Of a DNA stretch of 27,022 nt, positions 10,166-18,140 are shown piece by piece. Every line of letters starts with the position of its first letter. Within the stretch, counting starts at the first letter, position 1. The position numbers and the translations under genes were made by a program. The stretch is from positions 1 to 27,022 of the forward strand of contig JAQBHB010000039.1 of the NCBI GenBank assembly GCA_032128115.1. The letters are read 5' to 3'. The notes beneath the pieces are model-generated. The model was not told the origin of the DNA and searched no databases. It saw only the letters and a list, made by a program, of their open reading frames with translations. The stretch comes from Deltaproteobacteria bacterium. GTDB taxonomy: Bacteria > Myxococcota_A > UBA9160 > SMWR01.

Positions 10166-10765
10166 ATGCGGCATCGGATGCGGTCGCGGAACCTCGGGCG
10201 GACAAGTGCGCATCGTCTTGCGCTCTATCGCAATATGGTGACTTCCCTGTTGGATCACGAGCGGATCGAGACCACCGACGCCAAGGCGAAAGAGGTGCGC
10301 CGTCTGGCCGAGCGAATGATCACCCTGGGCAAGCGTGGCACGTTGCACGCGCGGCGGCGCGCCCTGCGCGTGATTCGCCGTCGGGATATCGCCGCCAAGG
10401 TCTTCGACGATCTGGCCGAGCGGTACCGGGATCGGCAGGGCGGATACACTCGCGTTTTGAAGCTGCGCACCCGGCCGGGCGACGCCGCGGCGATCTCGAT
10501 CGTCGAGCTGGTGGATTCCGAAGCGGCCCGCGTATCCGAGCCGGTGGAGAAGAAGGCGTCGGCGAAGAAGCGCGACGCAAAGTCCGCCGCTCTGGCTGAC
10601 AAGAAGGCGACTGCCAAGAAGGCGACTGCCAAGAAGGCGGCGGCCAAGAAGACTCCGGTGAAGAAGGCGACGGCCAAGAAGGCCTCGTCGAAGAGGGCCG
10701 CGTCGAAGAAGAAGACGTCTTCGAAAAAATCGGCCTCCAAGAAGACCATCCGCAAGAAGACCTGA
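10166..10765 (+). CDS. rplQ: 50S ribosomal protein L17 with a long Lys/Ala/Ser-rich C-terminal extension
   Basis: MRHR...[40 protein letters not shown], then about 80 extra residues dominated by KKxxx repeats. Confidence 0.98.
   Translation: MRHRMRSRNLGRTSAHRLALYRNMVTSLLDHERIETTDAKAKEVRRLAERMITLGKRGTLHARRRALRVIRRRDIAAKVFDDLAERYRDRQGGYTRVLKLRTRPGDAAAISIVELVDSEAARVSEPVEKKASAKKRDAKSAALADKKATAKKATAKKAAAKKTPVKKATAKKASSKRAASKKKTSSKKSASKKTIRKKT
10601..10747 (+). repeat. Degenerate 15-bp tandem repeat encoding KKxxx pentapeptides inside rplQ
   Basis: aagaaggcgactgcc twice exactly, then aagaaggcggcggcc, aagaagactccggtg, aagaaggcgacggcc, aagaaggcctcgtcg, aagagggccgcgtcg and further variants. Confidence 0.92.
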
Positions 10766-10772
10766 GGGCTCC

Positions 10773-11297
10773 ATGTCGAGCCGCGCGGGTCCGTGGATCG
10801 TGGCGGGGGCGGTTGCGGCCGCGGCCGTGTATGCACTGCTCGGCGACCTGTCCATGCCCGCGCCTCTGGGACGCGGCAGCCCAGCGCCCGACTTCGAGTT
10901 GCCAGACCTGGACGGCGCCCGTGTTTCACTCGACGGGATGCGAGGGCGTGTCGTGCTCCTCAACTTCTGGGCCACCTGGTGCAAGCCGTGTGAGGACGAG
11001 ATGCCGGCCATGCAGCAGCTCTACGCGGCGCTGCGCCCCGAGGGCTTCGAGCTCCTGGCGGTCTCCGTCGATGACGAGGCGGCCCCGGTGGTCGAGTTCC
11101 AGGAACGGCTGGGACTGACCTTCCCGATCCTGCAGGATCCAAAGCAGGAGGTGTCGCGCGAGTACCAGACCCTCCGCTTCCCCGAGTCGTTCCTGATCGA
11201 CCCCAACGGCACCATCGTGGAACGTTACGTGGGCCCCAGGGAGTGGTCCGCGCCGGCCTACGTGGCCCGCGTCCGGCGCCTGCTGGCGGGCGGCTGA
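10773..11297 (+). CDS. TlpA/ResA-like membrane-anchored thiol-disulfide oxidoreductase
   Basis: N-terminal hydrophobic anchor; [28 protein letters not shown] (CxxC), cis-Pro [11 protein letters not shown]. Confidence 0.92.
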   Translation: MSSRAGPWIVAGAVAAAAVYALLGDLSMPAPLGRGSPAPDFELPDLDGARVSLDGMRGRVVLLNFWATWCKPCEDEMPAMQQLYAALRPEGFELLAVSVDDEAAPVVEFQERLGLTFPILQDPKQEVSREYQTLRFPESFLIDPNGTIVERYVGPREWSAPAYVARVRRLLAGG

Positions 11298-11300
11298 GCG

Positions 11301-13148
11301 CTACGGGCCCAGCTTGCGGCGCAGGGCGCGGATGCGTTCGGCCTGGGGGTGGTCTTCCCCAGCGTTCGTGAGTTCTTCGGCGCGCTGCAGGTGGAATCTC
11401 GCCGCGCCCGGATCGCCTGCCTCCACCAGGGCCATGGCCAGGCCCACGTGGGCGTCCACGAATTCGGGCTGGATCGCGAGGGCGCGCCGCTGGGTGGCCA
11501 TGGCCTCGTCCACGCGACCCCCGGCCTGCAGAGCGACCCCCAGGCTCGCCAGCGCCCGCAGATCCTCCGGGTTCTGGCGAAGGTTCTGGCGATACAGGGC
11601 GATGGCCTCGTCGATCTCGCCCGCCACGAACCGGGTCACCGCCAGGTTGTGCCGGGCGTCCCGGTAGTCGGGAGCGATGTCCAGGGCCTGCAGGTAGTAG
11701 TCCGCTGCCTGTTCCAGCTGGCCCTCGACCCTCGCCGCATTGGCCAGGTTGAACCAGGTGACGGCGCGCATGTGCTCCTTCGAGGTGAGGCGCAGACCGT
11801 TGGAGAGCAGCGCGCCAAGGGTCGTGACGGCCACACACGCCAGCACCCGGGGCAGGGGCTGTTCGCGCGCGTAGCGCAGGAATTCCACCAGCCCCGCCGA
11901 GGCGAACAGGATCAGCAGGGGCGCCAGCGGATAGCGATAACGCGCGAACACGTAGAAGAGCACCACGCTGGCGGTGTAGGCGGCGATCATCAGGTAGAGG
12001 GGCCAGAGCTGCTGACGCCGGCCCCAGGTGATCCAGATTCCCAGCAGCGCCAGGGGAGCCACGATGCCGAAGTGGCAGATCGCGTTTGCGATACGAAGCG
12101 GGGTGGACCACAGGGCCACCGTGTACTGGTCCTCGCTGTCGATGCTCTCCACCGCATTCCACACCATGGCGAGCTTCAGGCCCATCAGGCGCAGCCAGTG
12201 AAGGGGCTCGGCGGCGATCCACGCGAAGGCTCGGTCTCGCCAGAAACCGGAGACCTCCGACGGAGTGAGTGGCCTGCCCAGGGCGCGTTGCGCGAGGTCC
12301 GCCGCGTCGCGCTGCTCGAAGGCGGCCGAACCGCGACCGTCGATCAGCGGGCGGTAGCGGCCGTTGGCTCCCGGGTTGTTGCCGATGAAGAAGTTCGGCC
12401 CGAACTGGGACGTGGTGAGGTGGAATTCGCCGCCCACGATCCGATTGCGGAACCCCACCGGGGCCAGGGCCAGGCCGACTCCCAGCGCGAACAGGGCCGC
12501 CAGGGTCGCCGCCCGTGCCGACTGACGTCGGTCGCGCACGACCAGCCACGACCCGATGCACGCCACGAAGACCAGGGCATTCTCTCGGCTCAGCACCAGC
12601 AGGCCTGCCGCGACCCCGGTGGCCAGCGCCAGCCCCGGGCGCCTGGACGTGGACAGGGCGCTCATGCACCACAACACCGCGCACAGCAGGAATGCGTCGA
12701 GTACCGACTTCTGGACGAGGCCATCGAAGAAGATCGCCGGCGCGTAGAGCGCCAGCATCAGACCGGCGACCGTGCCCACCCGGCGCGAGAAAAAGCGGGC
12801 CCCGGCGGCAGCGAGCAGTACGCAGGCGCCGGCGCCCAGCAGGGCCTGGCACAGCCGCAGCGTCAACGGGTGGTCACCGGCGAGCGCGTAGATCGCGCCC
12901 AGGAAGTAGGGGTACAGGGGCGCCTGGTAGAAGACCGCGTCTCCCAGCCAGTCGCCGTCGGCCAATGTGCGCGCCCAGGTGTGGTAGGCGAGGGCGTCAC
13001 CCATGCTCACGTGGAGGAACGGCGAATCCGCCAGCCGCCACAGGTGCAGAGCGCGCACGCCGAACGCCACGCCGAAGACGAACCAGGCGATTCTTCCCAG
13101 GCGTTCGCGGGGCGCCTGAGAATCGGATTCCTTACCATGAGAGGGCAT
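11301..13148 (-). CDS. Polytopic GT-C fold glycosyltransferase (PMT_2/ArnT-like) with C-terminal TPR repeats
   Basis: First TM followed by GDALAY...FYQAPLYPYFLG, many hydrophobic segments, ARYRYP motif, C-terminal TPR-like helices (WFNLANA, ARHNLAV, LASLGVAL, AHVGLAMAL). Start uncertain (13148 or 13172); the ORF-track extension to 14765 is antisense to the next gene. Confidence 0.8.
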   Translation of the reverse strand: MPSHGKESDSQAPRERLGRIAWFVFGVAFGVRALHLWRLADSPFLHVSMGDALAYHTWARTLADGDWLGDAVFYQAPLYPYFLGAIYALAGDHPLTLRLCQALLGAGACVLLAAAGARFFSRRVGTVAGLMLALYAPAIFFDGLVQKSVLDAFLLCAVLWCMSALSTSRRPGLALATGVAAGLLVLSRENALVFVACIGSWLVVRDRRQSARAATLAALFALGVGLALAPVGFRNRIVGGEFHLTTSQFGPNFFIGNNPGANGRYRPLIDGRGSAAFEQRDAADLAQRALGRPLTPSEVSGFWRDRAFAWIAAEPLHWLRLMGLKLAMVWNAVESIDSEDQYTVALWSTPLRIANAICHFGIVAPLALLGIWITWGRRQQLWPLYLMIAAYTASVVLFYVFARYRYPLAPLLILFASAGLVEFLRYAREQPLPRVLACVAVTTLGALLSNGLRLTSKEHMRAVTWFNLANAARVEGQLEQAADYYLQALDIAPDYRDARHNLAVTRFVAGEIDEAIALYRQNLRQNPEDLRALASLGVALQAGGRVDEAMATQRRALAIQPEFVDAHVGLAMALVEAGDPGAARFHLQRAEELTNAGEDHPQAERIRALRRKLGP

Positions 13149-13190
13149 ATGCGGGTTTCCGGCGACGGGCATGGTAACACCGGAGCCTGC

Positions 13191-14600
13191 GTGGGGTGGC
13201 GCCGGGTTCGTGCCTTTCAGGGGGTTCGTGCCTTTCAGGTACTGGGGGCCGGCCTGGCGGGAGCGATGGGGCTCGTGGCTTGCGCGGCCGAAGAGCCTGC
13301 CCGCGCCGTCTCGGCCCCGCAGAACCTCCTCCTCGTCACCATCGACACCCTGCGGGCCGACCACCTGGGCAGCTACGGCTACGAGCGGGATACGAGCCCG
13401 CGTCTCGACGAGTTGGCGGCGCGCTCCCTGTTGTTCGAAAACGCCATTGCCCAGTCTGCGGTCACGCCCGTCTCCCACGCCTCGATCCTCACGGGACGCA
13501 ATCCCTTCCATCACGGACTCCGATCGCTCCACGGCGGCCGCCGACACGTGCTCCCCGACGAAGAGCTGACGCTGGCCGAGATCCTGCAGGCCAACGGCCG
13601 GGTTACCGGCGGCTTCGTGAGCGCGTTTCCCGCCGGCCGCTTCTTCGGGCTCCACCAGGGTTTCCAGACCTGGGACGAGGAGTTCGCGTCCGGGGCCGGG
13701 GAGGGGGCCGTGACTCCGGGCGGGGTCGTCGAGACGGGCCTGGCACAGCGACGCGCAGGAGAGACCACCGAGCGGCTGCTGGCCTGGCTGGAAACGCTCG
13801 CGGGCGAGCCCTTTTTCGCCTGGATCCACTACTTCGATGTTCACGACACCGAGCTGCCGACCCCGGGCCTGTACGCGTCCATGTTCCCCCCGGCGTCGAA
13901 CTCGGCGGAGGACCGCTCGCTGGCCTTCTACGACGCCGAGATCGCGTACGTAGACACCCAGGTGGGGCGCGTGCTCAGCTGGTTGGACAGCCACGAGCTC
14001 ACCGATTCCACCGTGGTGGCGGTGCTCGCCGATCATGGTCAGGGTCTTGGCGACCACGGCTGGTGGGGACACTCGATCCTGTTCCAGGAGCAGCTTCGCG
14101 TCCCCTTCCTGCTTTCGGTTCCCCACGAGGGCTGGGCGGGTCGCGTGGATGCACTGGTGCGGAGCATCGATCTGGTGCCAACCCTGGTGGACGTGATGGA
14201 GCTTTCCTGCCTGGAAGCCGGGTGTGACTTCGACGGGATCTCGCTGCGCGGGGTGATCGAGGGCTCCGAGAGTACGGCGCGGATCGCCTACAGCGAGTCC
14301 ATCAACGATCTGGCCGCCTACGAGAACATCCCCAACCGCGACGACTCGCTCTACGCGGTGAACGACGGGCGCTACAAGCTGATTGCGTTCTACCGGGGCG
14401 CCGACCGCAAGCCGTCCCTGCTGTTCGATCTGAAGCGGGACCCAGGAGAGCTGCGCAACCTGGGCGGGGGACACGAGGCGGTTCGCGCGCGTCTCCACGC
14501 CCGGGTGGAGGCCTCGGGCGCGGTGGTCGAGGACACCGCTCCGGTGCCGCTGGCCCCGGAGGCCCGGAAGCGGCTCGAGGCCCTGGGGTACGTGAGGTGA
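13191..14600 (+). CDS. Sulfatase-like / alkaline phosphatase superfamily lipoprotein with a non-canonical Thr/His active-site motif
   Basis: Lipobox LVA-C; NLLLVTIDTLRADHLGSYGY, TPVSHASILTG, WIHYFDVH, YDAEIAYVD, ADHGQG, DLVPTL, DPGE, LEALGYV. Start uncertain (13137, 13149, or GTG 13191 after GGAG). Confidence 0.85.
   Translation: MGWRRVRAFQGVRAFQVLGAGLAGAMGLVACAAEEPARAVSAPQNLLLVTIDTLRADHLGSYGYERDTSPRLDELAARSLLFENAIAQSAVTPVSHASILTGRNPFHHGLRSLHGGRRHVLPDEELTLAEILQANGRVTGGFVSAFPAGRFFGLHQGFQTWDEEFASGAGEGAVTPGGVVETGLAQRRAGETTERLLAWLETLAGEPFFAWIHYFDVHDTELPTPGLYASMFPPASNSAEDRSLAFYDAEIAYVDTQVGRVLSWLDSHELTDSTVVAVLADHGQGLGDHGWWGHSILFQEQLRVPFLLSVPHEGWAGRVDALVRSIDLVPTLVDVMELSCLEAGCDFDGISLRGVIEGSESTARIAYSESINDLAAYENIPNRDDSLYAVNDGRYKLIAFYRGADRKPSLLFDLKRDPGELRNLGGGHEAVRARLHARVEASGAVVEDTAPVPLAPEARKRLEALGYVR
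13204..13239 (+). repeat. Perfect 18-bp tandem duplication
   Basis: gggttcgtgcctttcagg at 13204-13221 and 13222-13239. Confidence 0.95.
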
Positions 14601-14631
14601 GACCGCTACCATCGCGGTCCCTCGGGGTGGG

Positions 14632-14934
14632 GTGAGCGTGAAGCAGCTTCTGTGGATCCCGGCGCTGCTGGGGGCGGCGCTGGTGGTCTCCGCCTTCGAC
14701 GGCGACTCGGGGCTGCGCACCTGGTTACGGCTGAAGCACGAGGTGCGTTCGTCACGCTCGCGCATCGCCGGGATCCGGTCTGAAATCGAGGGGTTGCAGC
14801 GAGATGCTCAGGGGCTGCGCCAGGATCCATTCAGCATCGAGCGAGCGATCCGAGAAGGTCTGGAATACGCCCGGCCCGGCGAGGTGGTGGTGCGGCTACC
14901 CCGGTCCGATCTTCCAAATACCCGGATTCCTTGA
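14632..14934 (+). CDS. ftsB: Septum formation initiator (FtsB/DivIC family)
   Basis: About 100 aa; N-terminal TM, GDSGL, coiled coil, DPFSIERAIREGLEYARPGE resembling the IE..AR..LG...PGE motif; start may be 14638. Confidence 0.75.
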   Translation: MSVKQLLWIPALLGAALVVSAFDGDSGLRTWLRLKHEVRSSRSRIAGIRSEIEGLQRDAQGLRQDPFSIERAIREGLEYARPGEVVVRLPRSDLPNTRIP

Positions 14935-14959
14935 CGAAATATACTATCCGGGCGATTCT
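14931..14959 (+). promoter_or_regulatory. Putative sigma70-type promoter of argS
   Basis: TTGACG (14931-14936), 17-nt AT-rich spacer, GATTCT (14954-14959); locally AT-rich in a GC-rich window. Confidence 0.5.
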
Positions 14960-14967
14960 GCCCCCGT

Positions 14968-16698
14968 ATGAGAGAAACGCTCCGCGAACGGTTCCGCCTT
15001 GCTGTGGACGCTCTCGTGGCGGAGACGGATGGGGGGGAATCCGTCGACTTCGCGCTGGACGTGTCCCGAGCGCCGGAGCACGGCGACTTCGCCTGCAATG
15101 CAGCACTGGTGTTGGCCAAGCGGCTCCGCCAGCCACCGCGCGCCCTCGCCGAGCGCCTGGCGGAATCGATCGCCCGGGGCTCCGATCTGGTGGAACGCGC
15201 CGAGGTGGCGGGCCCGGGCTTCGTCAACGTCTGGCTGCGGGGAGCGCGCTGGCACGATCTGTTGCGGCGGGTGCTGGAGGAGGGCCCTGCCTTCGGACAC
15301 TCGAAGCGGGGCGACGGCGTGAAGGTGCAGGTCGAGTTCGTGTCGGCCAATCCCACGGGCCCGCTCACCCTGGGCCACGGTCGCAACGCCGTGCTCGGCG
15401 ATTGCATCGCCCGGCTACTGAAGGCCTGCGGGTACGACGTGACCCGGGAGTACTACTTCAACGACGGCGGACGCCAGATGCGGGTGCTCGGGGAATCGGT
15501 GCGCGCGCGCTATCTGGAGCTGCTGGGACTGGCCGCCGCCCCGCCGGCCGGGGCCCTGGCCGATCCCGAGAGCGACTGGCCCGAAACGCTGGCTGGCCTG
15601 CCCGTGGTGTTTCCCCGAGACGGCTACCAGGGTGGCTATCTCCTGGAGCTCGCCGAGGAACTTCGCGTAGCCCACGGCGAGGGGCTGCTGGACGAACCGG
15701 CCGAGGGCATCTTCCGGAAGCTGGCTGAAGAGCGGATCTTCGCGGACATCCACCAGACCCTGGCGGCCCTGGGAGTCGAGTTCGACGTGTTCTCCAACGA
15801 GAAGGCTCTCTACGAAGAGGGCCGGGTGGCGTCTACGCTTGCGGCCCTGCGCGAGGCTGGCGTCGTCTACGAGTCCGAGGGAGCCGTCTGGTTCCGCGCC
15901 ACCGCGCTGGGGCTCGATCGAGATCGGGTGCTGGTGCGGCGCACCGGCGACCCGACCTACCTGCTGCCCGACATCGCCTATCATCGCCAGAAGTTCGAGC
16001 GCGGCTTCGATCGGGTGATCGACGTGCTTGGGGCCGACCATATCGAGCAGTTTCCGTTCGTCGTGGCCGCTGCCCGGGAGCTGGGCTGCCCGGGCGATCG
16101 AATCGAGCTGGTGATGCACCAGTTCGTGACGCTCACGCGTGGCGGTGTCCAGGTGAAACAATCCACACGACGCGCCACCTACGTGACCGTGGACGAGCTT
16201 CTCGCGCAGGTGGGGGCCGATGTGCTTCGCTTCTTCATGGTGCAGCGCCGGGCCGAGGGCCACCTGGACTTCGACCTGGATCTGGCCACCGAGACCGACT
16301 GGAAGAAGAACCCCGCCTTCTACGTGCAGTACGCCCACGCCCGCACCCACGGGGTGGAGCGCAAGGCCCGCGAGCAGGGAGTGGCCATGCCCGACGCGGA
16401 CAGCGTGGACGCGGACGCCCTGGTGCTCCCCGAGGAGATCGACATCCTCAAGAAGATCGCCGAGTACCCGGACGTGCTGACCCGGGCCGCCGACACCCGC
16501 GAGCCCCACCACGTGTCCTACTATCTGCGCGATCTGGCCGGCTTGTGGAACCCGTACCTGCAGGACGGGACTCAGCATCGGGTGCTTTCGGACGACGCCT
16601 CGCTCAGCAACGGCCGGCTGGGCCTGACCCTGGCCGTGCGCTCCGTGCTGGCGGGGGGGCTGGCCCTGCTGGGCATCTCCGCACCGGAGCAGATGTAG
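14968..16698 (+). CDS. argS: Arginine--tRNA ligase
   Basis: HGDFACNAAL, VAGPGFVN, VEFVSANPTGPL, REYYFNDGGRQ, PDIAYHRQK, GADH, FDLDLA, NPAFYVQYAHAR, LGISAPEQM. Confidence 0.97.
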   Translation: MRETLRERFRLAVDALVAETDGGESVDFALDVSRAPEHGDFACNAALVLAKRLRQPPRALAERLAESIARGSDLVERAEVAGPGFVNVWLRGARWHDLLRRVLEEGPAFGHSKRGDGVKVQVEFVSANPTGPLTLGHGRNAVLGDCIARLLKACGYDVTREYYFNDGGRQMRVLGESVRARYLELLGLAAAPPAGALADPESDWPETLAGLPVVFPRDGYQGGYLLELAEELRVAHGEGLLDEPAEGIFRKLAEERIFADIHQTLAALGVEFDVFSNEKALYEEGRVASTLAALREAGVVYESEGAVWFRATALGLDRDRVLVRRTGDPTYLLPDIAYHRQKFERGFDRVIDVLGADHIEQFPFVVAAARELGCPGDRIELVMHQFVTLTRGGVQVKQSTRRATYVTVDELLAQVGADVLRFFMVQRRAEGHLDFDLDLATETDWKKNPAFYVQYAHARTHGVERKAREQGVAMPDADSVDADALVLPEEIDILKKIAEYPDVLTRAADTREPHHVSYYLRDLAGLWNPYLQDGTQHRVLSDDASLSNGRLGLTLAVRSVLAGGLALLGISAPEQM

Positions 16699-17225
16699 TG
16701 GCGAAGCGCGGCTCTCGACGCCGACTGGGTCTGCCGCTGCTGGGCCTGGGCCTCCTCGGGTTCCTGGGCTTCGCCGTGGGCGCCGTGGTGGGCGGCCTGT
16801 GGCGCGAGCCGGATCTGGTGCTGGACTTCGCGCGGGGGGAAACCCGACGCGTGGAGTGGGGGCCCGATCGCGGACGTGCGCCGCTTCCCGATGTGGGCGC
16901 GGACGGCAGCAGCGCGGAGTCGCCGGCCCCGAAACCCCGGGAGAGCCTGCTCTTGCCCGAGCCGGTGGCCGAGCCACCCGAGGCCGGACACTTCGCGGTG
17001 CAGGTGGGCGCGTTCGCGCAGAGTCGCGTGGCCGAGAATCTGGCGGACAAGCTGCGCGCCAGGGGCTACGGCGTCTACGTTTCGCCCACCGCGGGAGCCG
17101 GACCCGCCCGCTGGCGCGTGCGCGTGGGGCCGCTGGGCACGCGCGATCAGGCCGAGAACGCGGCGTCGCGCCTCAAGAGCGAAGAGACGCTCCCCACCTG
17201 GGTGATCGACGAGGACGAGCAGTAG
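16698..17225 (+). CDS. SPOR domain cell-division/peptidoglycan-binding membrane protein (FtsN/DedD-like)
   Basis: GTG overlapping the argS stop; basic N-terminus, TM, Pro-rich linker, then FAVQVGAF...A..LADKL...WRVRVGP...A. Confidence 0.88.
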   Translation: MAKRGSRRRLGLPLLGLGLLGFLGFAVGAVVGGLWREPDLVLDFARGETRRVEWGPDRGRAPLPDVGADGSSAESPAPKPRESLLLPEPVAEPPEAGHFAVQVGAFAQSRVAENLADKLRARGYGVYVSPTAGAGPARWRVRVGPLGTRDQAENAASRLKSEETLPTWVIDEDEQ

Positions 17226-17229
17226 GCAC

Positions 17230-18132
17230 GTGGGGTCGCGCTGGGTCGTCACCGGAAGCAACGGGCAGCTCGGCCGGGCGCTCGTGGAGAGCCTGGAGCG
17301 GGCGCCGGGCCGGGAGCTCGTGGCGTCCGCCGACCACAGGCGCCTGGACGTGTCGGATGCGGACGCCGTCGAGCGCTTCTTCGACGACCTGCCCACCCGG
17401 CCCGACGTCCTGGTCAACGCGGCCGCCTTCACCCATGTGGATCGTTGTGAGCGCGAGCCCGAGTCCGCACAAAAGAGCAATGCTGTCGCACCGCGCCTGC
17501 TGGCACGCACGTGCCACGATCGCGGTGTGCGCCTGGTGCACGTGTCCACCGACTACGTATTCGACGGTGAGGGCCGGCGCCCCTATCGCGAGGACGACGA
17601 GCCCGCGCCCCGCTCGGTCTACGGGCGTACCAAGCTCGAGGGGGAGCGCGCGGTGCTGGAAACGTCGCCGGGCTTCCTGGTCGTGCGGAGCAGCTGGATT
17701 TTCGGCGATGGCCGGAATTTCATCGCGGCCATCCTGGGTCAGGCCGGACAGCGCCGCTCGGGTCAGGCGACCGGGCCGCTTCGAGTGGTGGACGATCAGA
17801 CCGGTCAGCCCACCTATGCGGTGGATCTCGCCCGGGCCCTCCAGGAGTTGTCCGAGGCGGGCGCCAGCGGCGTGATCCACGTGGCGGGAGGCGGGGTCGC
17901 GACCTGGTGGGACGTGGCGCGGGCGACTCTCGACGAGGCGGGATATTCCGATCTCGACATCGAGCGTCTGGCCACTTCGGATCTGACGCTGGACGCGCAG
18001 CGGCCGGCCTGGTCGGTGCTGGATTGTTCGAAGGCCGCGTCACGGGGCGTGAGGCTGCGTTCCTGGCGCGAGGCGCTGCGCGCGTTCCTGAAGTCTCCGG
18101 CCTCTCCGGCTGCGAACCCGGTTGGGGTGTAG
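17230..18132 (+). CDS. rfbD: dTDP-4-dehydrorhamnose reductase (RmlD/RfbD family)
   Basis: [54 protein letters not shown]. Confidence 0.92.
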   Translation: MGSRWVVTGSNGQLGRALVESLERAPGRELVASADHRRLDVSDADAVERFFDDLPTRPDVLVNAAAFTHVDRCEREPESAQKSNAVAPRLLARTCHDRGVRLVHVSTDYVFDGEGRRPYREDDEPAPRSVYGRTKLEGERAVLETSPGFLVVRSSWIFGDGRNFIAAILGQAGQRRSGQATGPLRVVDDQTGQPTYAVDLARALQELSEAGASGVIHVAGGGVATWWDVARATLDEAGYSDLDIERLATSDLTLDAQRPAWSVLDCSKAASRGVRLRSWREALRAFLKSPASPAANPVGV

Positions 18133-18140
18133 GCCCGGCC

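Noticed and set aside
10601..10747. Tandem repeats as a CRISPR-like or mobile array
   Set aside because: No spacers. The repeats are in-frame codons within rplQ, and no cas or transposase genes are present.
13201..13215. Minus-strand AGGCACGAACCCGGC as a sigma54 -24/-12 promoter
   Set aside because: GG-N10-GC spacing is present, but the T before GG and the TT before GC are missing, so the match is too weak.
11301..14765. Two giant overlapping antiparallel ORFs (1154 aa on -, 1083 aa on +)
   Set aside because: Each is a real gene plus a stop-free antisense shadow of its divergent neighbour. Recognisable domains begin only near 13150-13190 on each strand.
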